Shown in pieces: positions 12,925 to 24,907 of a stretch of DNA of 64,000 nucleotides; the stretch's first letter is position 1, and every line of letters begins with the position of its first letter. The notes below the pieces were generated by a model. That model saw only the letters and a list, made by a program, of their open reading frames with translations, had not been told where the DNA came from and searched no databases. The DNA is from Podarcis bocagei (Eukaryota), in the NCBI GenBank assembly GCA_964188305.1, contig OZ076888.1; one strand, 5' to 3'. A program made the position numbers and the translations under genes.

Positions 12925-15060
12925 TGTTAATGCTGAACTCAAACCAGCCAGGGATCTGCTGCTCTCTTTTGCCAAAAGAGGACAAAGCTTTGTTGTAGGT
13001 GTCAGGATTCCAGCTGGGGTCTGGCCTCACTCCAGGCATTTGGCTGGGATCCTTGTTGACCTTCCGTCTGCATCTCCCGGTAGGCAAGGTCGTAAATCGG
13101 CGATTCTCCTCAAACGTGAGGAGAACACACCCTCCTACTTCTCTCCCTCCCTGCACCCCCCAGGGAGGGGAAGAAAGGACAGACAGGAGTCCTATTTACA
13201 TGTTTTATTCCTGTCATTCAGCAGTACAGAGAAAACGTTTCTGTACTCTCCAGACTCCGGCAGTAGAGTCACAGCTCCACCCCTGTACTTCCAGCACAGG
13301 TCAGATGACACTCTGAGCTAACATCCGGTGCTCAGAGCAGAGAAAGGACTGCCCCCTTTCTCCACTAGTACAGTTGCAGACATCAACATCCTGTTTTGCT
13401 TTCCAGCCACCTGCAGCTGGCTTTTGCATTGCTGCTTTTTCCTGACAACAGGTTGCCTCTTCGATGTGGTTCTACCTTACTTTGATGCTGTGTATAGAGT
13501 AGTTCAGTATTGCTTCTTTGACAGAATCAGAGAAGCATTCACAAAGTTCAGGTGAGACTGTTCTGGCAGGGTTGATTCAAGGCCACACTTTCTCCTTTTT
13601 GCTATGGGTCCTCTTTGACTGGAGAAGGAGAACTTGCTCACCACCAGCCGAGGATCCATACCACAGTTGGCACTGTAGTTGCTCCCTGTGCAACAAAGAC
13701 AGTTGAGTGCCAATCACCTGGTGACAAACAAGTCCCTCTGCTGCCAATGGCCTTTGATGTCTCCAGGACACTTACCATTTTGCATTTGCAGAGAAGAACA
13801 TGTTCAAGAACATGTTCAGGCTGTGGTCTGAACATAGCTCAAGCAGCCTTTATCCGCCTTTGTTCATGCTGCCAATACCAAACTGGCCTATGCAGTTGTC
13901 TTATGTGTGATGATCACCCCCAACTCTGGCACTGAAATCTCCCAGCAGGAATAGGTGTTCATGGGCTGGGACCCTCCTGACAATCTGGTCTAGTTCCTCA
14001 TAGAACTGGTCCATGATCTATGTATTCAAGCACATAGAGGGAGCGTAAGCACTCAAGATGCTAACCTGACCGAAGGTGGTTGAGAAATAAGCATTCTGAG
14101 CCCTTGGTTGGCAGTTCTGTTGCAGACAGAAGTGCCTCACTGTGAAACCTATGCCATGAATATGTGGTTCTTCTGGGTGACCTTCTTGCCCATCAGTGGT
14201 GTAGTTATTCTCTCGGAGGCTGCGTTCAAACTGAGTGTGGCCTCCTGTAAGTGGCAATATCAGTGTTGAGCATTTTTAGCTCATGGTCAATGATAACTGT
14301 CTTCCATGAGTTATTGACCTGAAACAAGCCAGTGGGCAACCCAGGACACATGGTCCTGACATTCCAGCTTGCTAGGCACAATAGGGTTTGTTTCTTTTCT
14401 TTGTTGCCTGGAACAGTGGTTCAGTATGCTTGTTGAGTGATACTCTGAGCTCCAAGCACCCATTGAAGCAGGTGGACAGTATTTTCTTAACACGGGATAG
14501 TGGCCGACCAGTGAGAAACATCAATCTCTCCCACTAAAGAAGGCGACCTGTAGCGCTTGTATCTTATGCTAGTCAGGTTGAGCTTATAACTTGTGAGTGC
14601 TGCTTCCTGTGTTGTTTTTGCTGTACTGGCAGCACCAAAGTGACCTCTTCAGTGTGCAAGCTAGGAGAATCCTGGGCTGCTCAGATGACAAGACCCCCAC
14701 AAAGGAAAGCAAAACAGTACATTTGGCACCAGCTTGGCTGAAGGAATTGTTGGAAGGAGGCATACAAGGCGCCAACCAACAGTCTTAGGGACTCCGCTCC
14801 AGATTTGTGTCGGGTTTACTCCTTGGCCTCTCCTGAAGATGTCCTGCAAGGCAGTGGATAGAGATTATTCCTCAGTGTTTACTACTGAAGCCTTTCTCAC
14901 CTATGAGTATAGCCACAAAGCAGTGGAGGTGTAAGATCAGTTTTCCTTTTCCTAGGTTAATGAGCCCCACCTGCCCCTTATTTTCCTCTACAGCGCATGC
15001 AGAAACCGCCTTCTTGACTCATGGACCCACTTGTGGTCTCATCCATTTGATCCACCAGAG
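12925..15060 (-). mobile_element. Degenerate RTE-clade LINE fragment (5' region and endonuclease domain), interrupted
   Basis: Minus-strand frameshifted remnants: LASWNVRTMCPG (~14340-14376), HGIGFTV, ILSAYAP, SWRH...YSANCGMD and TYNKALSSFGKREQQIPGWFE. These are typical of RTE APE-endonuclease ORFs. Boundaries are approximate. Confidence 0.8.
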
Positions 15061-15154
15061 TAATGCAAGTGATGCATTGATATCTTAAAAGTTGCAGGGT
15101 TAAAATGTGCCTGAAAGCTTCAGTTTCTGATCTGGGAACCAATTCTGCTTATCT

Positions 15155-15157
<3 letters not shown>

Positions 15158-15228
<71 letters not shown>
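15158..15228. repeat. Compound (GT)n(GA)n microsatellite
   Basis: Direct reading. Confidence 0.95.
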
Positions 15229-15234
<6 letters not shown>

Positions 15235-17952
15235 AGGGGTGAATGTTTGGAGTAGGCTTTGCTTACTGTGTAATGCTTTATGCCTGTGCTCTGATGCATT
15301 TTAAATGTAACTTCAAATGTTTCAGAGCTGAGACATGGGATTGAAAACAGATCCTGGGGCTGAGTCTTAACATGCTTCAAGGCCATGATTCCACCTGGGT
15401 TAAATATGGTAAAATGCTTCTCCAAAGGGTTCCAGCAGTACTGTGAGATGGCTGCCCTCTTCCTCCCTGGGTGTGCTTTAACTGTAGTGCTGACATATGC
15501 TGGACAGCATTCCACCAGTAAATCAAGAGTTGACAAAGAACAGGAGATTGGGGGGTGGGGATGATGACAGTCTGCTGCAAGATCCCTCTGGTAAAATCAG
15601 ATGTATTTGTTACTTTTTCTGTGGTTCCAGGCATGACTGCTGCAGACAAGATAGATAGTGTCAAGAACTCCACTATAAATCACCTTCTCCGCCCAGGGCT
15701 TTATAATTCCAGTAGTGAAATTTGCTTTGGGTTGTATTGATATGTAGTTGTTCCTTTTTGGTAGATAGTTTAAAGGGTTTAAGGGAGATGGATTTAGAAA
15801 GCATAGTGATTAAGCCCCCTCTTCCTTTCCTCCATTTACCAGGCATGAGTCCAATCCTGTGGACATTTCCCCAACTGTCTGATTTTTATCTGCCAGCCCC
15901 AAGGGATGGGCAAATGCCTCAGGCGGGGTGGGGGTGGTGGTGGGAGAGACAAACTTACAAACTGATGACTTAAGGCCAAAGTGAAGGCTGAAGGCAAGTA
16001 AAGTGATTCAGAAGCAGATGATGGGGAAGACTTTTATGTGAGGCTCGTGCGGCCATTTACAGAGAAATGAAAAAGGGAAAATGTATTCCCAAAAAGAGAG
16101 CGAAAGGAGACACAGATCTGCATTACTTTTGCATCTGCTTATTTATATGTATAGGTGCAATTTTAAAAAAACAACTAATGGCTTTAATTTAAATAGATGT
16201 ACAATACATCTCAATGTAAAGAGGGGCATGATTCTTACCAAATTATCTATACTTAGAACCTCTGGGAAAATTCTATTCATGGTACCTCACCTCATCTTAG
16301 GGTGATGACCCCCAAACAGGCATTGTCTGTTGTTGCTCTTTTCTATGTAATGCCGTTCCCTTTGTCGTATGTGAAACAGCAACCACCAGTTACTTCATGC
16401 ATATTTTATAGCTCAGGATGGAAAACCTCTGACCTGAAGGTGAAACTTAGCTTGCCAGGCCACCCCATTGAGGTCACCAGGGGATGCCATGTTCACCCAC
16501 CCTGCACCTGATGTCATATATGATGTCAGCTGTGCACAGCCAGTAAGAGCGAAGCTGCAAAAAACAACAACAACTAAAGCTGGGCTCCTGATTCTTCCTT
16601 TCCTGGAGCAAGGCACGACCCAAACCTCCAACCAGCTGGCAGGAGGTGGGAACACCCCTTACTCAAGAAGGGTGCTGATCTTTGGAACTGTCCCACAGAG
16701 CTCCTTTCTGGCTCCAACATGGGAGACTTGGAAAGCACTTTGTGATCTTCCCTGCTCTTCTCTTTTGTACCTCTGAGGTCATGGTGTGAAGGAGAAATGC
16801 AGGAAGGATTGAAAAGCCATTTCCCACACCTCCCCATTCCACATCCCATGTTGGGGTTTTGACAGTTGTCTGGGAAAACCTACCTGTCCATTGTGTCATG
16901 TGATAATGATGCCATGTGATTGACAAGTGGGTTGCCCCACCCCTTGTCAAAGTTGACCCATAGAGTGGTGTGCCAAAAGGTTCTCTATCTCTGGTATAGA
17001 CATATCTTTTTACCCAGGTTTGTCTGACCCACAAGTTCAGTCCCTTATGAGACCCTCTTTTCACCAGCAGTCTCATTGGTACAGAATGCAGGCGGCCAGT
17101 TCCAGCTCCACAGGGTTCCCAGTTGGAGCCTGGCTGTACCTTACAACAACATGAGCAGATTCCCTGTGAAAGATACATGGTTTGACTGCTTTTTATTAGG
17201 TGGGAAATCTCAGCTTACTGACCATTATCAGAGGTACAATATATCTACCCTCAGCTTTTATACCCCAGGTTAAGTTAAAGAAGGCAATGGAGCTATAACG
17301 TCTATTGCTCAAAACGTCTGCCACTAACCCCTCAAACAAGCTGATAAAAGGTTCTGCTCTGTGATTGATGGCATCACTTTTAATAACTCTGTCTCAGATC
17401 GAATCTCTGAAACCAGGCAACAGAGGCAAGTGTTATGTACCATCAAGCTTTCAAGATGCAACCTGTAATGTTGCAGCAGAAAGTGATATGGCCCAGCCAG
17501 ATTCCCACCCCCAGCCATTAACTAACCTGGCTATGATGTCACAAAGTCCTGGAGACAAGGAGAGTGGATATTGGGGGTGGGGGAGCTTAAAAGCAATTGA
17601 GGCAGAATATAATTTTATTTACTTACAATATTTATTAGTACAAGGCCAATGTATGCACCCTAAATGGTTTTGATGAGTTGGGTGGTTGGGGCAAAAGGGG
17701 CTTAAGAGCAAGTCATTATTAATCTGTGGGCAGGCAAAGTCTACCTACATACCCATATATATATATATATATTGGGTGGGGAGCTCAATTTTGAGAGGAG
17801 GTGGCAGAGGGTTTCAAGTTGCTTTCTATCCATTGCCTACAGAATCAGGGCAAGTTTGTGGGGTGAAGGGAGCCTGACAGATTTTGGGCCACTAGGAGAT
17901 GGGACTGGCTTAACACTTCCCTGGGCCTTCTGCCTAGTCAGCCTTCATCATC

Positions 17953-18175
17953 CAGTTACAGATAGGTAGCCGTGTTGGTCTGCCATAGTCAAAATAAAAA
18001 AATTCCTTCCTGTAGCACCTTAAAGACCAACTAAGTTAGTTCTTGGTATAAGCTTTCGTGTGCATGCAGATACATTTTTGTGTGTATCTGAAGAAGTGTG
18101 CATGCACACGAAAGCTTATACCAAGAACTAACTTAGTTGGTCTTTAAGGTGCTACAGGAAGGAATTTTTTTATTT
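17953..18175. mobile_element. Penelope-like element remnant: inverted (tail-to-tail) pseudo-LTR insertion
   Basis: 13-bp TSD AGCCTTCATCATC (17940-17952, 18176-18188); perfect 76-bp inverted repeat (17992-18067 vs 18100-18175); contains a hammerhead motif, as is typical of PLE pseudo-LTRs. Confidence 0.8.
18084..18121 (+). ncRNA. Minimal type I hammerhead ribozyme motif
   Basis: GUAU-CUGAAGA-A-GUGUGC(AU)GCACAC-GAA-A-GC-U-U|AUAC. It has the CUGANGA and GAAA boxes, a 6-bp stem II, a palindromic AGCU minimal stem III and a 4-bp stem I. Confidence 0.7.
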
Positions 18176-18204
18176 AGCCTTCATCATCATCATTGATGTC
18201 AATC

Positions 18205-18440
18205 TCACCTCAGATGGACAAGGCGGCGTATAGAGGAGTGCTTTGGCAGGTGATCTCAAATAACGGATAAGGTGTGCATCTTCAGTTACTTGGGTTCCAA
18301 GCTGTTAAAGGTTTTAGCAGCACCTTGAATTGGACTCAGAACTGGACAGATAACCAGTGTAGGTCTTTTAGAAGTGACAAGACAAGATGTGCCAGTGAGA
18401 ATTGTGGCACCCTATTCTATCATGGATAATAGACGTTGCT
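18205..18440 (-). mobile_element. Old L2-like LINE 3' fragment
   Basis: Diverged motif AGCACCTTGAATTGGACTCAGAACTGGACAGATAACCAGTG, similar to 37390-37450. Boundaries are approximate. Confidence 0.45.
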
Positions 18441-18971
18441 ACAAAGTGTGGCTTACTGAAGCAGCAATTTTAGGAAAGCAGCAGTAGAATCGCATTAAGG
18501 TTGAGAGGGAAGAATTGGAGATGGCAAGAAAAATGATGGAAGAAATAGAGAGCTTGGCTATATTTTGACAGAGCCTTCATGTTTGTTTATGTATTGATGA
18601 AATGTGAACTCATTGACCTAGGGTAAAACAATTAGAATGCAACTAGAATGGCTTTGCATTTTGTGTGTATCCCTATATATTGATGACCCACACAAGGGAA
18701 CACTTTGAAGTGCAGCATCACTTCAGTACATCACATTCAGCACATAACATTTCCACTGTGTACACAGCAAAGTCTTTGCTGCTAGATGGCTCATGACAAA
18801 TACTTTAACTGTGCTGACGGGAAAAAATTAAATGAAATGGAATTTTCGTTAAAGGATAGCATTTTTCTAGCAATTTTAACAAAATGCTTTCATCTGCAGT
18901 AACCATAGTAACAGATCAGAGAAGCTCTCTCTCAAAGTGCCTCTCTGAATGTAATTATGAAGAAAAGGGGG

Positions 18972-19004
<33 letters not shown>

Positions 19005-19429
19005 GAAGCCGGTAGTTTGGAATGGGGCAGCAGCTGAAAACTCCTCAAGGGCTTGAGCAGAGGTAGGTTGTGACAGATTCAGCAGAACTTCTCTGGATTC
19101 ATTTTCTGCTAAGTGGGGTGCTGAAATGCCAGCCTCTTAATGGTAACCCCTGATCAGTGTACTTCTCCACCACCATCCTGTCAGCACAGCACAGCAGTTC
19201 CAAGCACTTCCAAGTGCTAGTCCCAAAAGTAATGTAGAGGAACGCTTGGTAGATGGCTGGGGCCAGTTTGCAAACCACTTTGCTAGTAAAGTCCCTTGCA
19301 GGATCTATGGCTGTGGCTGAGATATCTGTTTGGATTATTTGGATACATAAATTTCAGCTCGTCCAACCTGAGGATCAGTAAAAGATGCTTAGAGGATTGA
19401 AGCTAACTACTTTCTAACTATATCCATAT

Positions 19430-19740
19430 TAGTTCTTTTGTACCTGTTGGCAACCTTCAATATGATTGACCGTAGTGTCTTTTGAGGACATCTGGCTGGT
19501 GTGGGTTTGGGAGACATGTTGCAGTGGCTCTGTATGGTTGGACTTTCCAAGAAGGTGGTCAGTCTTGACCCCCTTGTTATTTAATAACTACAAAACATTC
19601 ATTGGAGAGGTCACCTGGGATTTTGTGTTCAGCTGTGATCAATATGTTGATGACACCCAACTCTTATCTTTCTTTTTCAACTGATGCTAAGGAGGCTATA
19701 GAGATCCTCAAGCATTGTTTGGGTACAGTGATGGAGTGTT
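19430..19740 (+). mobile_element. Degenerate L2/CR1-clade reverse transcriptase fragment
   Basis: Remnants LLATFNMID (LSAAFDTID-like), LTPLLFNNY and QYVDDTQL (YADD motif) in and around ORF 19466-19684. Confidence 0.7.
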
Positions 19741-20307
19741 GATGAAGAAGGGTAAAAGATGTGTGCAGATGTATCATATTCTGATTAGCTTGGACTCTGT
19801 GAGTTTGCACTTGCCGTTTTCAATATGTATTTCTCATAACCTCCTACAAAAAAATATTTTTCTCACCTGATAGTGGGTCAGCTTCATTTTCACCAAGTGT
19901 GGCTCTTTTAAGTTGCAATCCCAGCTTCCGCTTCTGCTGCATTACCTGCTTACACATTTCTCACAGTGTCTGCAATTCCACAGGCATGGAAGGACACCAG
20001 ATGCAGGAGCAGAACAGAAAGAGTCTTCAAAAATGTATAGAAGAAAATCTTGATTGCTTTCTGAAAAAACTGAATCAGATTTGCTCTTGAGGAAAAGTGC
20101 AACACTCAAAATGCATTGGACAATAAATTGTTTTCTGTACATCTCTGAAGTCCCCTCCCCTTTTGTTATTGTTAAGTAGGGCCTCAATCCTACGGTGTCA
20201 ATCTTACAAGATAATTTTTATTATCAGCTCCATCCTCCCTAACCATTTCCACCCTGCCAAAGTGATTTCCTTAGGAAATCATTCAGCTACTACTATTCCA
20301 TAAATTA

Positions 20308-20476
20308 CCGTATTTTTTGCACCATAACACTCACTTTTTTCTTCCTAGAAAGTAAGGGGAAATGTCTGTGCGTGTTATGGAGGGAATGCCTACGGGTGGC
20401 ATGCCTACGGATTTTCCTCCTCTAAAAACTATGTGCGTGTTATGGTTGGGTGCATGTTATAGAGCGAAAAATACGG
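20308..20476. mobile_element. Tc1/mariner-pogo MITE (CCGTATTTT termini), short copy
   Basis: TA-CCGTATTTTT...AAAAATACGG-TA. Shares both ends, in reverse orientation, with 27925-28291. Confidence 0.85.
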
Positions 20477-23400
20477 TAGTTTTTGATTGGACAGATTAAT
20501 GCAAAACCCCATTTTTATTTTGCGCATGCATTGCACTTGTTGTGCAGTGAATCGTGAGGTCTGCAGTTTCTCATTTGTGCAAACAAGTCATTCATGTGAA
20601 TGTCTTTTCACTCAGAGTCATAATATACTGCACAAGTGAACGGAGAAGGATGTAGCCAAAGCTACCATTCTCCTCACATCACAAACTTCCACTCACACCA
20701 CAGCTTTCCCTCTCCTCTCCTCTCCTCTCCTCTCCTCTCCTCTCCACTACCCATCGACCCTCCCAAACTGCCCCAGAGAGTAGGGGACCCTCCAGAACAG
20801 ATTTTTGGGGCACACAAAGAGAGGAGAAGGTGAAGTCCAACTGCATGAGTGGATGGATCAAAAGCATTCGCACAGAAGCAAATGCCACATTGGCAGGAAA
20901 AAGTGATATCACAGGAATCTGTGCAATTTCTGGGGGATGATTTTGTCCAAGTGAATTAAAATATTATAGGAATATCGGTGGTGTTGAGCTTTGAGTTTGA
21001 AAATAAATATGGATGTTGCAATAATGTGTAACGCTCATAGATGTAATCATGACAACCATGAAACTTCCTTTCCAGGGCTTGCCCAAAGCATGAATTGTTA
21101 GAACTCCAACATTAAGTTCCAGTTTTTGTTATGAGAATTTTTGTGGCAAGTCTGCCCAAGTCTGAATTCAGTTCTCTGGTTTAGAAAATAGTAGCACTGA
21201 TCAGACTGAATAATTACAGTGTTTGTTTAATAGAGCTTGGCCCATTATGCTGTTTGCTTTGCCTGCAGCATGGCCACAGTGTTGACTCATTTTATTTGTC
21301 ATTCCTTACAGCTCAGAGAGTTTTCTCTGTGGCACAACTGCCTGATCAGCATTCCCCTGTTATATATGTGTGTCTTTGATTACTCTTTCCACACTGTATT
21401 TGTTCTTATTGAATCTCCATTAATTGATTCCAACCCCATTTCCTCAACGTATAAAAACAGAGTTGCACTTAATTCCCCCGCCCCTGCAAAGCCACCATTC
21501 TCCTTCTCAGAATGGTGCTGCCTGCAGTTTTGATATACGTACTCTGAACTGCGGCGTCCAAGTTGCTAATAAATAATAACTGCATAAAGAGCAGACACAG
21601 AAGGAGACCCTTGTAGGACCCCACTAAATACCCATCCTTTCAGCCTGACATATTGAACCATTAATAACTGCTCTTTGCTTCTGACATTTTCTGCTAGTCT
21701 GTCTGTTTTTATATCATGTGTGCTTTTCTGCGCCCTAACTATATCTTTCAAGAAATTCTTAAAATAAAATACTGTGTCACCTCTGTTCTCCCACCCCCCA
21801 AATGTGAGTGTTCAATAGCATGTGGTTGTGTGTAGATTTCCAGATGTATAAACTTGTAGCTTGAATTCTCATTGCAACTTAGTGGTACTATCAACTCAGC
21901 TTCAATGAGGATGGGTTGATGTTGCAATGGAAGTAGACCAGATTTTTTCGGTTCACAAAATGTCAGGACCAAGATTTGGAAATGGGGTTGGAGGGAAGCA
22001 GTGCTTGGAAATGTCAGAAAATAAAGGTTGCCTTGTATTACTCTGCTAGATGGTTGGTGTGGGCAAAGAGTGGACATTATACCAGCCGAGGCCCCGTTGT
22101 GAATTGCCTGCACCAAATCTTTCAATACCTGTCACTGATTTGCTCCTCATAGTCTTATAGCAGCTTCTCCCACATTGAAATGAGGAACAGTGCATGGCAA
22201 ATAAGGAACAAACAACCAGAGACACCTTATTTGCAGGGATATAATATGTGTTTCTGGTTTGTGTTGTCTGAGTGGAGCACTAGGCATTTATAAAGACTAT
22301 AGAAGGAGACGTGGGTTTCACCCACTCACCGACCAACAGCCATTCCACAGCTCCATTTTCTTTATCCTTTTGTCCCGTTCTTACCAACTGATCCAGTGAC
22401 AGATCTTGCTGCTGTTAGCCTTCTCACATTTTGGAGCATGCCGCTGTTGGTCTTTTGGTATAGCTTCAGCTCCAGTATGTGACTGGGAGCAGAGTTGGGG
22501 AAGGAGAAAACTCTTGAACTCTAAGTACACACTCTCCTTTCTCTCTTTAGAAAGGGTATTGTAACTATTTTCTATCCAGTTTCTTGAATATTTGCTACCA
22601 GAGTAACTTATGTGGCTCATGAGCCTCATCCTGGCCAGCCCTGTGTGTATATATAAAGCAGGATTTATATGGGTGAAGTCAGCAATATTTGGGGACTCAA
22701 GAGATCTCAGCTGGAAGCTGGTTGTCAGATGGACCATTAAAACAAATCAAGGACCTCATAGAGCTGAGAGGACTGTGCTGTGTGACTTGATAGCCTCTGG
22801 CAACTATGGCCAAGTCCAACAGCCCATAAACCTTTAGTGAACTGGTGGGACTCATAATACTAAGGAGGGAAAGTGTGACAGCTTTAAAAATAGAGCCACA
22901 TGTAAGATTCATTTTACAGAGCAGGACAGCTGAGTGCTATAATTTTGTAGAAATACTGTGGAAGGGACAAAAGGCCATCTATCTTAACCCCAGCAGCAAT
23001 TTAAATAATAGAGACTAAAGCATAACCTAAGCAGAGAAGAGAAGATGAAGGTGTCTGAAGAGCAAACAAGAATTAACCAAGAAGGGACACAACTTTCCCA
23101 CTACTCTGTCCACTCCACACATTAGCCTAACCAAGCAGGGAGAAACTTCCAAATGTGTTAGTCTGGTATCTGAGCCAAAAGAGGGATCATTACTAAGTAA
23201 TCTGACTGAAGGGATATTGTTCTACATTTAAAGTAATCAGGGAGGTTCTGTGGGAGCCCAACATGCCAATCGGAGGATTTGGGGGTGGAGGAGAGAGAGA
23301 TTTGGTAAGGTTTATTGAATTCATGTATCATTTCCCACAACAAAGAGTCCTAAAGTGATTAACAAGTTCATGCCATGTTGTGGGGGAGATGTTCAAGATC

Positions 23401-23597
23401 ATTAGGAGTGGGGTGGAGAGCCTTCTTGGTCTAAGGGTCCTCAACGAAAGCACCACAATGGAAAATCATGAGGCATGCATTCATCCAGCTCTGGTGAGTC
23501 TGAATTCACTAATCTCTACATCTCAGCAAAAGTATACATCGTACCATGATCAGGCATTTAGTTGCATAGCCTTTATCTGCAAATTGCTTTTTAACAG

Positions 23598-23933
23598 GTG
23601 TTCCTTCAGGGCCTCGCAACGTGATCTCTATTGTCAATGAAACGTCAATTATACTAGAATGGCACCCACCCCGGGAGACGGGAGGTCGTGATGATGTGAC
23701 CTACAACATTGTCTGCAAGAAGTGTCGGTCGGACCGCCGTAGCTGCTCCCGCTGTGATGACAATGTGGAGTTTGTGCCAAGGCAGCTGGGCCTCACGGAA
23801 ACCCGGGTCTTTATCAGCAACCTGTGGGCTCATACGCCATATACCTTCGAGATCCAGGCTGTCAATGGAGTTTCCAACAAAAGCCCATTCCCACCTCAGC
23901 ATGTCTCCGTGAACATCACCACCAACCAAGCTG
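23598..23933 (+). CDS. EPHB1: EPHB1 coding exon (exon 5 equivalent), first fibronectin type III domain
   Basis: ttaacAG acceptor; donor CTG|GTAAGT; 336 nt, phase 1-1. Translates SVPSGPRNVISIVNETSIILEWHPPRETGGRDD...VSVNITTNQA. Confidence 0.97.
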
Positions 23934-24329
23934 GTAAGTGCCACAACAGCAGCTCAGAGACCTCATGTCTGGTTTTCTTGATATGCGCAGAGAAGAAAAT
24001 CTAGATTGCTTTCAGATACTGCATTTCCTCAAAGGAAGTACCAACTGTTGGAAGAATCCCATCTTCCCAAACAGCATGATACTGCAATTTGAGTGGTGGT
24101 GTCATGATTCCAACAGTGGGAGCACTACCTCGAAGGAAGTTGTAATCTGGATCCACTTTTTAGCTGAGTAACGACTGTGCAGATGGTGCACTAAACCAGT
24201 GTTTCCCAACCGGGGGGCCATATGGCCCCATGGGGGGGGAGGATATTCCAAAGGGGCTGCAGGTGAAAATCACATAAATGGGGGGTGGCACAGCACGAGG
24301 CTAGGGGGCCACAGAGGGAAGTGGCAGAT

Positions 24330-24635
24330 GGATCTCCCTTGGGAGGTTTAGGACTCTCCTTCCTTGGAGCTTTATAAGCAGAGGTTGGATGGCCATCTGT
24401 CATGGATGCTTTAGCTGAGTTTCCTACATTGCAGGGGGTTGCACTAGACCAGCGGTTCTCAACCTGTGGGTCCCCAGATGTTGTTGGACTACAACTCCCA
24501 GCATCCCTGACCACTGGTCATGCTGGCTAGGAATGATGGGAGTTGTAGTCCAACAGCATCTGGGGACCCACAGGTTGAGAAACACCACACTAGACAGATG
24601 ACCCGTGGGGTCCCTTCCAGCTCCATGATTCTATG
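24330..24635 (+). mobile_element. CR1 LINE 3' end, interrupted by a MITE
   Basis: CR1 3' motifs AAGCAGAGGTTGGATGGCCATCTGTC...GGGGTTGCACTAGA | GATGACC...GTCCCTTCCAGCTC...ATTCTATG. Confidence 0.75.
24450..24587. mobile_element. hAT (Charlie-like) palindromic MITE nested in the CR1 tail
   Basis: Exact 8-bp TSD CACTAGAC (24442-24449, 24588-24595). Arms of ~55 bp: GGTTCTCAACCTGTGGGTCCCCAGATG..GGACTACAACTCCCA and its reverse complement. Confidence 0.9.
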
Positions 24636-24789
24636 TTTTTCTGCTTCAACAATATTTCATTATGTTCCGATCATTTTATGAATTGTATTCTGTATAAATT
24701 ATAAAAATGGTAAACAAAACATGTTCTATTTACAAAGAAAAGAAAACATTTAAATAGCTACCTTTCTACTGGTAGGACGGGGACGACGA

Positions 24790-24907
24790 CATAGGCATAG
24801 CCAGGATTTTTGTTAGGGGGCAGGCTTTTGCTGGGGGGGGACAGAGACTCAGATATGTATTCATTTGTTACTTATTGGGGGCATCTGCCCCCCTTGGCTA
24901 TGCCTTG
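24790..24907. mobile_element. Small MITE-like element
   Basis: Inverted termini AGGCATAGCCAGG / CTTGGCTATGCCT. No clear TSD. Confidence 0.55.

Noticed and set aside
12692-13321. Longest ORF in the track (209 aa)
   Set aside because: No recognisable domain, and partly antisense to the decayed RTE fragment.
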